Positions 47,113 to 56,700 of a DNA stretch of 64,000 bases are shown here, piece after piece (position 1 is the first letter of the stretch; the number at the start of each line of letters is the position of its first letter). Source of the DNA: an uncultured Methanosarcinales archaeon. GTDB taxonomy: Archaea; Nanobdellota; Nanobdellia; Woesearchaeales; CAYSVS01. The stretch spans positions 20,611-84,610 of the forward strand of contig CAZPRK010000004.1 in assembly GCA_964589485.1 (NCBI GenBank). The letters are read 5' to 3'. A program made the position numbers and the translations under genes. The notes under the pieces were generated by a model. It was given only the letters and a program-made list of their open reading frames with translations, searched no databases and was not told where the DNA came from.

Positions 47113-47946
47113 TTGATGAAAGAAAGATTAACTGTAACAATTGATGAAGAAATTATAAATCGTGTTGATGAATCTATAGATGGACATAATGTTAAAAATA
47201 GAAGCCATGCTTTTGAAGTTTTGTTAAACAAAGCATTAAAGCCAAAGCTACCTAAAAAAGCAGTAATTTTATGCGGTGGTCAAGGAACTAGATTAAGACC
47301 TTTAACTTATGAAATTCCCAAGGCATTAATTCCTGTTCATGGTAAAACTTTAACTGAACATTTATTTGATTTATTTAAGAAATATGGTGTAGAAGAAATA
47401 TACATGGCAGTAGGTCATATGAAAGATAAAATAATGAATTTTTTTGGCAATGGGGATAAATTCGGATTAAAAATACATTATATTATTGAAGAAGATCCCT
47501 TAGGAACGGGAGGTCCTCTAAAAAAACTAAATCTTAATGAACCATTTTTTTGTACTAATGGTGATGAATTAAAAGATATAAATTTAGAAGAAATGTATAG
47601 TTTGCATAAAAAAGAAAATGCAACTGTTACAATTGCATTAACAACAGTTGAAGATCCAAGTCAATATGGAGTTGCAAGACTTAACGGAAGTAAAATTCAA
47701 GAATTTGTTGAAAAACCAAAAGAAAATGCACCTAGTAAATTAATTAATTCTGGATTTTATATAATTGAGCCTCAAGCTTTATCTTTAATTCCAGATGGAT
47801 TTGCTATGCTTGAAAAAGAAGTATTTCCAAGGCTGGCTTCTGAAGATAAATTAACTGGATATCCTTTTTCTGGTCAATGGTTCGATACAGGAAATATGGA
47901 AAGGTATGAAAAAGCAATTAAGGAATGGAGAGGCTTTTCAGAATGA
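47113..47946 (+). CDS. sugar-1-phosphate nucleotidyltransferase fused to an N-terminal ribbon-helix-helix (CopG/Arc-like) domain
   Basis: Residues 6-42 'LTVTIDEEIINRVDESIDG..NRSHAFEVLLNKAL' read as an RHH strand-helix-helix. They are followed by the 'AVILCGGQGTRLRPLTYEIPKALIPV' NTP-transferase signature. Confidence 0.7.
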   Translation: MMKERLTVTIDEEIINRVDESIDGHNVKNRSHAFEVLLNKALKPKLPKKAVILCGGQGTRLRPLTYEIPKALIPVHGKTLTEHLFDLFKKYGVEEIYMAVGHMKDKIMNFFGNGDKFGLKIHYIIEEDPLGTGGPLKKLNLNEPFFCTNGDELKDINLEEMYSLHKKENATVTIALTTVEDPSQYGVARLNGSKIQEFVEKPKENAPSKLINSGFYIIEPQALSLIPDGFAMLEKEVFPRLASEDKLTGYPFSGQWFDTGNMERYEKAIKEWRGFSE

Positions 47947-49259
47947 GTGTTTTTAAGGCATACGATATAAGAGGACTCTTTCCTGAAGAAATAAATGAAG
48001 AATTAGCTTATAAATTTGGTCGTGCATTTGTGACTTTTTTAAATTGTAAAGAAGTTGTTGTTGGGTATGATATGAGAAGTTCTTCTGAAGTTTTATGTTC
48101 AGCTTTAATTAAAGGAATTATTGATCAAGGTGCTAAAGTTTATAACATTGGTTTAGCATCAACACCTATGCTTTATTTTGCAGCAAAAGATAAAGAAGCT
48201 GCAATAATGATTACTGCTTCTCATAACCCTGGTGAATTTAATGGATTTAAGTTATGTAGAAATAATGCAATGCCAATTAGTGGCGAAACTGGAATTAAAG
48301 AAATTGAAAAATTAGTAGAAAATACATTTGTTGATGCTGAGAAAGGAGAAGAAATAAAGCTTAATATTATAGATAAATTTATTGAACATAATATGAATTT
48401 TTTTAATCAAAACAATTTAAAAATTGTTTTTGATTTTGGAAATGCAATAGGTGCATATTCACATAAATTAATTTGGGATAAATTAAATTTCACAAAAATA
48501 TATATGTATGATGAACTTGATGGAACATTTCCAAATCATATTCCTGATCCTTTAAATTTAGATAATGTAAAAGATTTACAAAAAAAAGTAGTAGAAGAAA
48601 ATGCTGACTTTGGAGTTGCAATTGATGGTGATGCAGATAGATGTGTTTTTATTGATGAAAAAGGTCAATATATAAGTTCAGATTTAATAACTGCATTAAT
48701 TGCAAAAGAAATATTATGTAATAACCCAGGTGAAAAAATTCTTTATGATTTAAGAAGTAGTAAAGCAGTTAAAGAAGTAATTAGGGAAAATAAAGGATTT
48801 CCAGTTAAATCAAGGGTTGGACATTCTTTTATTAAATCACAAATGCGTGAAGAAAATTCAATTTTTGCAGGAGAATTATCTGGACATTTTTATTATAGAG
48901 ATAGTTTTTTTACTGAAAGTAGTATTATTACTATAATGAAAATTATGAATTTAGTTAAAGATAAATCTTTAAGTAGATTAATTCAACCAATTAAAAGATA
49001 CTTTTCTTCTGGAGAAATTAATTCGGATGTAGAAGATAAGGATTTGAAAATGAAAGAAATTGAATCTAAATTTAGTTCAGCTAAAAACATTTTATGGTTA
49101 GATGGTTTAACTATTGAGTTTGAAGATTGGTGGTTTAATTTAAGACCAAGTAATACTGAGAATAAATTACGGTTAAATTTAGAAGCTAATTCTCAAATTT
49201 TAATGGAACAAAAAAGAGATGAAGTGTTAAGTATGGTTCGCAACATCATCAAAACATAA
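47943..49259 (+). CDS. phosphoglucomutase/phosphomannomutase
   Basis: Active-site 'TASHNPGEFNGFK', Mg loop 'DGDADR'. Start chosen at 47943 ('MSVFKAYDIRG'), coupled ATGA to the upstream gene. Confidence 0.9.
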   Translation: MSVFKAYDIRGLFPEEINEELAYKFGRAFVTFLNCKEVVVGYDMRSSSEVLCSALIKGIIDQGAKVYNIGLASTPMLYFAAKDKEAAIMITASHNPGEFNGFKLCRNNAMPISGETGIKEIEKLVENTFVDAEKGEEIKLNIIDKFIEHNMNFFNQNNLKIVFDFGNAIGAYSHKLIWDKLNFTKIYMYDELDGTFPNHIPDPLNLDNVKDLQKKVVEENADFGVAIDGDADRCVFIDEKGQYISSDLITALIAKEILCNNPGEKILYDLRSSKAVKEVIRENKGFPVKSRVGHSFIKSQMREENSIFAGELSGHFYYRDSFFTESSIITIMKIMNLVKDKSLSRLIQPIKRYFSSGEINSDVEDKDLKMKEIESKFSSAKNILWLDGLTIEFEDWWFNLRPSNTENKLRLNLEANSQILMEQKRDEVLSMVRNIIKT

Positions 49260-49296
49260 GAAAACTTTTATAAACTTCTTATTATTTGATAGTAAT

Positions 49297-50256
49297 ATGC
49301 TTACTTATAAAGAAAAGTTATGTTTCTGGGGTTTAGTCGAATATCCTAATTTAAACGATCAACAATTATCTGAAAAAATTAATTTAAAAAGGTCAACTAT
49401 AACTTCTATTAGAAATAAATTAATAAAAAATAATTTTTTTAAAAATTTATATATTCCTAATTTATCTCAATTGAATTGTGAAATAGTTTCCATATTGTTT
49501 GGATCTTTAAAAAATAACGATGATGAAAATATTTTTGAAAAAATAACTAAATCATCAAGTGTAATTTATGCAAATTTTTCCAAATCTAAATTTTTTATTA
49601 TATTTGCGGAAAACAATTATTCTTCTTTTTTAAGTAATTGTTATAATTGTTTAGATATTCTTGAAGCAAAAAATATGCTTAAAAACTATAGTTATGTTAA
49701 TTTTCCTTTAAGTATTTCAAATGTTCATAAATTTTTAGATTTTTCTAATATTTTAAAAAAATTATATAATTTAGAAGTTACTTCAGATAAAGTAGATTTT
49801 AAAATAAAAAAATTAAAACTTACTAAGAAAGAAAAATTAGTTTTTAAACATTTAGTTGCTAACCCTAATGAGACAGATACTTTTATTTCTCATAATACGG
49901 ATGTTGCTAGACCAACTATTAGTTCAATTAGAAAAAAGTTAATTCTAAATGGATTTTTAACAGCGTTAAGAGTTCCTAATTTTACCAAGCTACCTTTTGA
50001 GTTATTAGTATTAAGTCATGTGAAATTAAAAAATAATAATTCAGATTGGTTTAATAAGAATTTTAGTTTTTTAGCTTTAGCAAATAAACGAAATGGTTTT
50101 TCTTTAGGTTTGTATAAGGAATATAAGGATTCATTTGATATTTTGAGTGAAAAAAGTTTATTTAAATCTGAGCCAAACGAATTATTATTTTCATTAAAGG
50201 AAACGTATAAAGAAAAAATTTGTTTTTCTGAATTAATAAATCAGGCTTTTAAATGA
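49297..50256 (+). CDS. protein built from two tandem winged-helix-like halves (putative transcriptional regulator)
   Basis: Half 1 'KEKLCFWGLVEYPNLNDQQLSEKINLKRSTITSIRNKLIKNNFF' and half 2 'KEKLVFKHLVANPNETDTFISHNTDVARPTISSIRKKLILNGFL' are collinear. Confidence 0.45.
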   Translation: MLTYKEKLCFWGLVEYPNLNDQQLSEKINLKRSTITSIRNKLIKNNFFKNLYIPNLSQLNCEIVSILFGSLKNNDDENIFEKITKSSSVIYANFSKSKFFIIFAENNYSSFLSNCYNCLDILEAKNMLKNYSYVNFPLSISNVHKFLDFSNILKKLYNLEVTSDKVDFKIKKLKLTKKEKLVFKHLVANPNETDTFISHNTDVARPTISSIRKKLILNGFLTALRVPNFTKLPFELLVLSHVKLKNNNSDWFNKNFSFLALANKRNGFSLGLYKEYKDSFDILSEKSLFKSEPNELLFSLKETYKEKICFSELINQAFK

Positions 50257-51443
50257 AAAGTAGTTACTTCTTTTACTTTAACATTAACTGTTTCTCCTAA
50301 TATCTGTTTTGAATCAAAAACAATAGGTTTATACGCAAAGTTTCTTCCCATATTGATATTGTCAATTAAAACTTCACCTTGCCACTCGTTCCAAGATTTA
50401 TTTCTTTCTAAAGAAATTTGTTTAAATAATTCAGTTAGTCTTTTAGATCTATCATTAATAATTCCTTGATGTAATTGTTTCATTTTACTTGCGGGAGTGT
50501 TTGGTCTTGCACTATATTTTGAGATATTAATAACATCAAATCTAATTTTATTAACTAAATCTAAAGTTTCCAGAAATTGTTCTTCAGTTTCAGTTGGAAA
50601 TCCAACTATAATATCTGTGGCAAGGGTAATTCCTTTTAATTTATTACATATGTCAATAAATTGTTCTACTGTGTATCTTCTATTCATGTCTTTTAGAACT
50701 TGATTATTACCACTTTGTACAGGGATATGAATAAATTTAAACATTTTAGGATGTTGAAGTATCTCAAATATTTCGTCAACCATATCTATTAAATGGTTAG
50801 GGTTTCCCATACCTATCCTTATTTTATATTCTCCTTCAATTTTTAACAGTTCTTTTAATAACCCACATAAATTCGTTCCAATATCTTTCCCGTAAGCTCC
50901 GTTGTCTTGAGAAGTTAACCAAATTTCTTTTGCACCTTCTTTTATTGCATTTTTCATTTGCTTAACTATACCTTCAACACTATATGAATACAAATGTCCT
51001 CTTGCTGCTTTAGTTTGACAAAAACTACATCTATCTAAACATCCTTGACATATTGGAATAATTTCTATAATATCGTTTTTTCTTATTTTTGGTAAATTTA
51101 ACCTTTCATTTTTTTCTCTTTTAATCATAGAAACAATATTTCCTTCTAAGGTTTCTTCAACAACTTCTACAATTTTATGTATTTGATCAGTTCCAATGCA
51201 AGAATAATCTAATTTTTGAGTTTGAGCAATACATCCAGCTAAAATTACTTTTTTATCTTTATATTGTTCTAGAAATTTCTTAAAATTCTTTATAGTTTGA
51301 TCTTTTACTGTACAAGTATTAATAATAATTAAATCTCCATCTTCTCCTATCTCATATCCTGCTTTATTTAATATTCCTTGCATAATTTCAGAATCTGCTT
51401 GATTCATACTACATCCAAAGGTTTTAAAGCTAATTTTAACCAT
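50241..51443 (-). CDS. MiaB/MtaB-family radical-SAM tRNA methylthiotransferase
   Basis: Methylthiotransferase (MTTase) N-domain Cys 'FGCSMNQADSE'. Radical-SAM 'CQGCLDRCSFCQT'. C-terminal TRAM-like segment. Confidence 0.85.
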   Translation of the reverse strand: MVKISFKTFGCSMNQADSEIMQGILNKAGYEIGEDGDLIIINTCTVKDQTIKNFKKFLEQYKDKKVILAGCIAQTQKLDYSCIGTDQIHKIVEVVEETLEGNIVSMIKREKNERLNLPKIRKNDIIEIIPICQGCLDRCSFCQTKAARGHLYSYSVEGIVKQMKNAIKEGAKEIWLTSQDNGAYGKDIGTNLCGLLKELLKIEGEYKIRIGMGNPNHLIDMVDEIFEILQHPKMFKFIHIPVQSGNNQVLKDMNRRYTVEQFIDICNKLKGITLATDIIVGFPTETEEQFLETLDLVNKIRFDVINISKYSARPNTPASKMKQLHQGIINDRSKRLTELFKQISLERNKSWNEWQGEVLIDNINMGRNFAYKPIVFDSKQILGETVNVKVKEVTTFHLKA

Positions 51444-51516
51444 TTTTATTTGAAAAAAACCACTATATTTAAATATAACTTCTAGTTTTTGCCATTCTAT
51501 GAAATTACCAAAAGCT

Positions 51517-51807
51517 ATGAATAGACTTTGTCCATACTGTAAGAAACATACTGAGCATAAAGTAACTCAGAATAAGAAAAAACAAGCTTCTAGTTTAACT
51601 TATGGTAGTAAAGTTAGAGCTAAATTAAGAGGAAGGGCTAGAGGTACAGGTAATTTGGGAAGATATTCTAAGCCAGCAGTTACTAAATTTAAAAGAACTG
51701 GTGCTAAACAAACTAAAAAGACAGACTTAAGATATGAATGTAAAGACTGTAAAAAGATGCATATGCAAAAGAAAGGCATTAGAGCTAAAAAAGTTGAATT
51801 TGTTTAA
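51517..51807 (+). CDS. rpl44e: ribosomal protein L44e
   Basis: 'MNRLCPYCKKHTEH...YECKDCKK' zinc-ribbon r-protein. Start chosen at 51517, inside the track ORF. Confidence 0.85.
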   Translation: MNRLCPYCKKHTEHKVTQNKKKQASSLTYGSKVRAKLRGRARGTGNLGRYSKPAVTKFKRTGAKQTKKTDLRYECKDCKKMHMQKKGIRAKKVEFV

Positions 51808-52787
51808 ATTTTTTCTATTTTCGGATACGTACCTGGAAGCATAAATACTTTTTTAGAATTAACAGCTACACCTTTTTCTTCATTTAATATTTGATTACTA
51901 TTCATTTTAACTTCTCCAACACTTATTAATTCATTTTTAAGTGTCATGATGGCAACAGTTTGATCAATTTCAATATCACTTTCTACTTTAGAAATTCCAG
52001 GGACATGTAAATTTGCACCATGGCATAAAGTATCTACAGTTGTATCTAATACCCATATTTTTGGCAAGTGACCTACAGCTTTTTCTATTGGTAATAATAC
52101 TCTTCTAATATAATCTTCATTATTTTCATCTTTCCATAATTGTAATGCGTCCATACAGTCATGTAATGTAACTAATGTTTCTTCTTTAAATGGCCCAGTT
52201 TGACTTCTTCTTAATTCCGCCATATGAGCTCCGATTCCAAGTTTATCTCCAATATCTGAACAAAGTTTTCTCATATATGTTCCTGCTTGACACGCCACCC
52301 TAAATAAAACATCTTGTTCAACTATTTCCAAGATATCTAAAGAATATATTGTTCTATCTCTCCATTGTCTTTTAACAGCAGATTTGATTGGTGGAAGTTG
52401 TTTTATTGTTCCTATAAATTCATTCATAATTTTTCTAATTTTAGATTCATCAACTTCTTTATGTAAATGCATTAAAACGATATATTCTTTTCCAGAAGTT
52501 AATAATTGTTCAACTACTCTGGTTGCTCTTCCTATTGCGGTTGGTAAAACACCTGTAACTTTTGGATCTAATGTTCCGCTATGACCTGATTTATTTACAC
52601 TAAATATTTTTTGTATATAAGAACTTACTTGATGAGATGTAGGTCCTTTTGGTTTATCTAAGTTGATTATAGAATATTCTAACAATTCTTCAACTGTTCT
52701 TTCATTTGGATTTTTTCCATATTGTGAAGAAGTTTCTGTTTCTTTTTTAATTAATATTTTTCTATTTATATTCTCAAAAGGTAACAT
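51804..52787 (-). CDS. cbf5: H/ACA RNP pseudouridine synthase Cbf5 (TruB family with PUA domain)
   Basis: 'KSGHSGTLDPKVTGVLP' TruB catalytic motif. C-terminal PUA-like region. Confidence 0.9.
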   Translation of the reverse strand: MLPFENINRKILIKKETETSSQYGKNPNERTVEELLEYSIINLDKPKGPTSHQVSSYIQKIFSVNKSGHSGTLDPKVTGVLPTAIGRATRVVEQLLTSGKEYIVLMHLHKEVDESKIRKIMNEFIGTIKQLPPIKSAVKRQWRDRTIYSLDILEIVEQDVLFRVACQAGTYMRKLCSDIGDKLGIGAHMAELRRSQTGPFKEETLVTLHDCMDALQLWKDENNEDYIRRVLLPIEKAVGHLPKIWVLDTTVDTLCHGANLHVPGISKVESDIEIDQTVAIMTLKNELISVGEVKMNSNQILNEEKGVAVNSKKVFMLPGTYPKIEKI

Positions 52788-52820
52788 ATTCAGAAGTTAA
52801 TTTTATTTATATATAAAGGT

Positions 52821-53366
52821 TTACTTGATTTGTTCTTTTGTAGTTGGAGCTTTTACGGGAGTTGCCCCTGGTCCAGCAGAAGGTGCATCAGGTAAAGCAA
52901 TTTTATGTTTGACTGTAATTGTTTGTAACATCCATTTATCTCCATTACAATCCCATCCTGAGTCTTTTAATTGCGAACATCCGTAAGCTACAACATAATA
53001 TTCTCCTTCATTAAAAGTTTCTTTATTCATAGATATTTCTGTTGTTGCTGTTCCTTGGATCCAGTTAGATTCTTGAACTGTATCTTGGTCAAATGTAAAT
53101 CCTTGCCATTCGTTATTTAAATATATATATCCATTTTTCCAAATAAAACTTTGACTTTTCACAGTAAAACTATTTGATTTTAAACTTTCATCTACTTCAT
53201 AAACTATATCATTATCTACTGAGAATTTTCCTCTTGGAGATGCATATGCATCTAATGCAGAAGTTGCTTGTCCTACAACACCTGGAGACTCAGGATTAGG
53301 AGGAATATCATTATTTGAACAACCAATTAATAATATTGCAATTAAAAGTATTATATATTTTTTCAT
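52821..53366 (-). CDS. lipoprotein, hypothetical
   Basis: Lipobox 'LLIGCSNN'. Confidence 0.45.
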   Translation of the reverse strand: MKKYIILLIAILLIGCSNNDIPPNPESPGVVGQATSALDAYASPRGKFSVDNDIVYEVDESLKSNSFTVKSQSFIWKNGYIYLNNEWQGFTFDQDTVQESNWIQGTATTEISMNKETFNEGEYYVVAYGCSQLKDSGWDCNGDKWMLQTITVKHKIALPDAPSAGPGATPVKAPTTKEQIK

Positions 53367-54304
53367 CTTTTTTTATTTATATACTTTCTCCTATATATAT
53401 TTTTTCTTTTATATTCATGAATTATAAATAAACTAATTAAGATTAATGCTAAAATTAACACAGTATACCCATCACAAACATTCCCTTGAAATAATTTTTT
53501 AGATAAAAAAACTTCAATTAAAGCTGCAACTCCAAGAACAATTACACTTAAAATTAATAAAATAAATGAATCTTTAACTATTATTTTGAAGCTATTAGAC
53601 ATAAATCTCTCTTTAGCGTATGCTTTTGACAATACTCCTCCTGCTATTGCTGCAATAAAATATCCGCCAAGTTCAGGAAGCATATGAAAAAACATTATAG
53701 CTGTATTACAGGATAAAAAAGTAAATGTAAACAGTATACTTGAATTAACTAATTTTAGTTTCACAGATTGAGCTAATGCTGATGCAAATATTGAAGCGTT
53801 CAATGTAATTAAAAAAATAGCTCCGCTTCCATAAAATAATGATAACAAGAAACAAATAAACATTACTAATAAATTATTTAAAAATATAGATTTTAATAAA
53901 CTTTCTTGAATTATTGGTGGCGGAGGTAAGTTGCCTGATACATATTCAACTTTTTTTTGAGTTAATCCTGATAAAACCATTTCTGGAGAGAAATAAGCTA
54001 TAACTAAGAAAACTAAAAATGTTCCAATGAAAAAATATATGAAAAAATCAAGTATAGTTTCATGTTTTTGCCAGAATGTTTTTTTACTTTTTTCTAATTT
54101 TTCTTCCATGCTTAGAAGTTTATTTATACTTGGTAAGGTTAAAATAACAATGAAAAATATTGTTGCTACTCCTATAAAATTAGGTGTTCTCTGAAATAAA
54201 ATCCATGCTGTAAAAAATGAAATAATTGTATATATTACACCCATATAAAAACTATATATATGTTTTTTTTCTAACCATTTTTCTTTAAATAATTTTTCAA
54301 TCAT
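53363..54304 (-). CDS. polytopic membrane protein (hypothetical)
   Basis: About 6 TM helices. Overlaps both neighbours by 4 nt. Confidence 0.45.
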   Translation of the reverse strand: MIEKLFKEKWLEKKHIYSFYMGVIYTIISFFTAWILFQRTPNFIGVATIFFIVILTLPSINKLLSMEEKLEKSKKTFWQKHETILDFFIYFFIGTFLVFLVIAYFSPEMVLSGLTQKKVEYVSGNLPPPPIIQESLLKSIFLNNLLVMFICFLLSLFYGSGAIFLITLNASIFASALAQSVKLKLVNSSILFTFTFLSCNTAIMFFHMLPELGGYFIAAIAGGVLSKAYAKERFMSNSFKIIVKDSFILLILSVIVLGVAALIEVFLSKKLFQGNVCDGYTVLILALILISLFIIHEYKRKNIYRRKYINKKR

Positions 54305-54942
54305 TTTAATACATTTTTTATTGTATCTTCATTATACCCAGATTGTTCAAGTTGTTGTTTAATTGCATCATTACTATAACCTGAATTTCTCATTTGTTGT
54401 ACATATGAAAAAACTTGTGGAGATATAACCGGTTTTCTAAGATAAATTATTAATCCTATAATAAGACTAATTAAAGTAATAGAAACTATTGTAATTAAAA
54501 TTAAATTATTATTTTCAGAATTTAATGAATTGAAAATTTCAGTAGGACTTTGTTTTGTTGCTTGACTACTTTCTTCATTATTGTTATTTTCAATTGCTTG
54601 ATTTTGTGATTCTGCTTGATTTGTAGTGAAACCTTCATCTAGACTTTCTTCTTCATTTGATTGATCTTCTTCTAAGAATTCTTCATCTTCTAATGTCTCT
54701 TCTTTTAAGAATTCTTCATCTTCTAATGTCTCTTCTTTTAAGAATTCTTCATCTTCTAATGTCTCTTCTTCTAAGAATTCTTCATCTTCTAATGTCTCTT
54801 CTTCTAAGAATTCTTCATTTTGAACTTCTCCTAATCCACCTGGGCTTGGAGGTGGAGCTGGAATTGCACCAATTAAAAAAATTAAACCTAATAATAAGAA
54901 AATCACTATGTTTCTTTTTATTATTGTTTTCACCTTTGACAT
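54301..54942 (-). CDS. membrane protein with acidic tandem repeats (EEFLEEETLED)x~5 and Q/N-rich linker
   Basis: N-terminal TM, 'PAPPPSPGG', about five 11-aa acidic repeats, N/Q-rich stretch, second TM, then tail with duplicated 'SGYSNDAIKQQL'/'SGYNEDTIKNVL'. Confidence 0.5.
   Translation of the reverse strand: MSKVKTIIKRNIVIFLLLGLIFLIGAIPAPPPSPGGLGEVQNEEFLEEETLEDEEFLEEETLEDEEFLKEETLEDEEFLKEETLEDEEFLEEDQSNEEESLDEGFTTNQAESQNQAIENNNNEESSQATKQSPTEIFNSLNSENNNLILITIVSITLISLIIGLIIYLRKPVISPQVFSYVQQMRNSGYSNDAIKQQLEQSGYNEDTIKNVLK
54664..54825. repeat. 33-nt tandem direct repeat x~4.7 (in-frame, inside the 54301..54942 CDS)
   Basis: Unit 'TCTAAGAATTCTTCATCTTCTAATGTCTCTTCT' repeats with only T/C variation at unit junctions, read directly. 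Confidence 0.85.
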
Positions 54943-54993
54943 TATACTTTTATATTACTTAAATGTATTTGTTTTAAAAAAAAGAAAAAAAAT

Positions 54994-55662
54994 TTAAAGT
55001 CTTCTTCTTAAGTTTTTCACCATTGATTTAGCTTCATCTTTTAATCCAAGACCAAATCCTATTCCTAAAGCTAATGCAATGGCAAATACAACTCCCGATA
55101 AAACTATCAAGAATGAACTTTGTGCAAGCATAACATTAATTCCTAATTGTGCTAATGCTAGAATAGCTGCAAAAATTAAGATTACGACTTTAAGTACTTC
55201 TGCAATTATTGCTGCACCTGTTGCTTTTGTTTTTAATACTGCTGCTTCAACGTATTGAGCAAACATAAATCCTATTACACCAAATGCTACAGCTGCAATT
55301 AAACTAGGAACCCAAATAGCTAGATTTATGAAAAACACGCTTAATGTTTTCAAGTTAGTTATTTCTGCAGCAGGATTTAAGAATAAAATGAACACATACC
55401 ATTTCGCAACTGCTCCCAGGAAATAAGTTAAGTCAAATCCCCCTAAAAATTTTTTTGCATTTGTTTTTTTGCTTAACAAACTTACAAGTCTTGTTTGTTC
55501 AACAATTTTTCTTACTATATGGCCTATTAATTCAGCAACTAAATAACCTACAATTAAAATAATAATCGCACCAATTAATCCAGGTAATGCTTGAAGTAGT
55601 CCATTGAAAATACTTACTAATGGATTGATTATAGCACTACTTGTTTGTTCTAGAAACGTCAT
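54994..55662 (-). CDS. polytopic membrane protein (hypothetical)
   Basis: About 6 hydrophobic helices. No motif recognised. Confidence 0.45.
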   Translation of the reverse strand: MTFLEQTSSAIINPLVSIFNGLLQALPGLIGAIIILIVGYLVAELIGHIVRKIVEQTRLVSLLSKKTNAKKFLGGFDLTYFLGAVAKWYVFILFLNPAAEITNLKTLSVFFINLAIWVPSLIAAVAFGVIGFMFAQYVEAAVLKTKATGAAIIAEVLKVVILIFAAILALAQLGINVMLAQSSFLIVLSGVVFAIALALGIGFGLGLKDEAKSMVKNLRRRL

Positions 55663-55720
55663 CGTTTCACCCCCTTTTTTAGTAACTTTTGTTGTTATCT
55701 TTTATAAACTTTACTAAAAA

Positions 55721-56065
55721 TTATTTTGGAAAATACTGAGAAAGAACTTTAACTAAATTTTCACCAATTTCATTTGATTTTTCGATTACATGTTTAGTGA
55801 TACTATACATTTCATTCATTGGTATGCTTGTAACTATACAAGTAGGCGTGTCTGTATTTAATATTTTAAAAGCTTCCATTCCATCTATTCCAGGAGGCAT
55901 ATTATTATCAGTAATAATTAAATCGTATTTTTTTAATTGTGCACAATTTAGTAACTCTTTTGCATTAGTAACTTGTTTAATTTGAATATTTGGATTATAT
56001 TTATGAATAATTTGTCTAATTAAATTTCTATCAAATTCCAGATCTTCTGCATGAAGTATTTTCAT
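55721..56065 (-). CDS. stand-alone CheY-like response-regulator receiver domain
   Basis: 'ILHAEDLEF', phospho-acceptor context 'DLIITDNNMPPGIDGMEAFKIL', then 'IVTS'. 114 aa, no output domain. Confidence 0.7.
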   Translation of the reverse strand: MKILHAEDLEFDRNLIRQIIHKYNPNIQIKQVTNAKELLNCAQLKKYDLIITDNNMPPGIDGMEAFKILNTDTPTCIVTSIPMNEMYSITKHVIEKSNEIGENLVKVLSQYFPK

Positions 56066-56119
56066 AATTTTATTAGAATATGGTTCTTTATAAAATTTTA
56101 GTTAATAGTATTCTAAATA

Positions 56120-56698
56120 TCATATCATCACCTTCAATATCATAGGAGCAATATGTTTAAACATCCACCAATGAAATAAAATATGTGTTGCACTGAAAGT
56201 AAAACATTTTACTGGGTTACTTCCCATCATGTAATATAATGGCATTATTGTTAAGTTATACAATATTAATAAAGTTATTCCTGTTGAAAAAACATTTCCA
56301 TTGTAAATAAAGCTAGACATTATTCCTACTATTATGATTGCAACAAAACTTACTATTGTTTGAGGTGCTATTTTCATTGATAATATTTCTCCTAATAATA
56401 ATCCAACAAATCCAACAATTGCTCCGGCTAAAGGCCCATATGCAATTCCACATAAAACTGTTCCTGTAAAAACTAATTCAAAACCTAAACTCCATCTGAT
56501 TACTCTTTGATAAATCATAGAATACCCACCTATGATTACAAAAAGTAAAATAAAAAATAAAGCTTTAATAAATTTAAAAAGTGCAAGAAAGATTAAAATT
56601 AAAACAAAACTAATTAATAAGCAAACTCCTGTCCAAAATAAAAATGGTGATTTTTTTCTTATGTGTTTAATTACTTCTTTTGGTGTTAATTGTTTCAT
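56120..56698 (-). CDS. 5-TM membrane protein, tandem paralog B (BioY/ECF-S-like?)
   Basis: About 60% identical to the upstream paralog. Shared 'AYGPLAGA(I/M)VGF(V/L)GL' resembles BioY 'GPTGGYLVGF'; weak. Confidence 0.5.
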   Translation of the reverse strand: MKQLTPKEVIKHIRKKSPFLFWTGVCLLISFVLILIFLALFKFIKALFFILLFVIIGGYSMIYQRVIRWSLGFELVFTGTVLCGIAYGPLAGAIVGFVGLLLGEILSMKIAPQTIVSFVAIIIVGIMSSFIYNGNVFSTGITLLILYNLTIMPLYYMMGSNPVKCFTFSATHILFHWWMFKHIAPMILKVMI

Positions 56699-56700
56699 TT

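Noticed and set aside
54664-54825. Considered a CRISPR-like array
   Set aside because: The units are contiguous 33-nt tandem repeats with no spacers. They are in frame inside a CDS and encode an acidic peptide repeat. No cas genes are present in the window.
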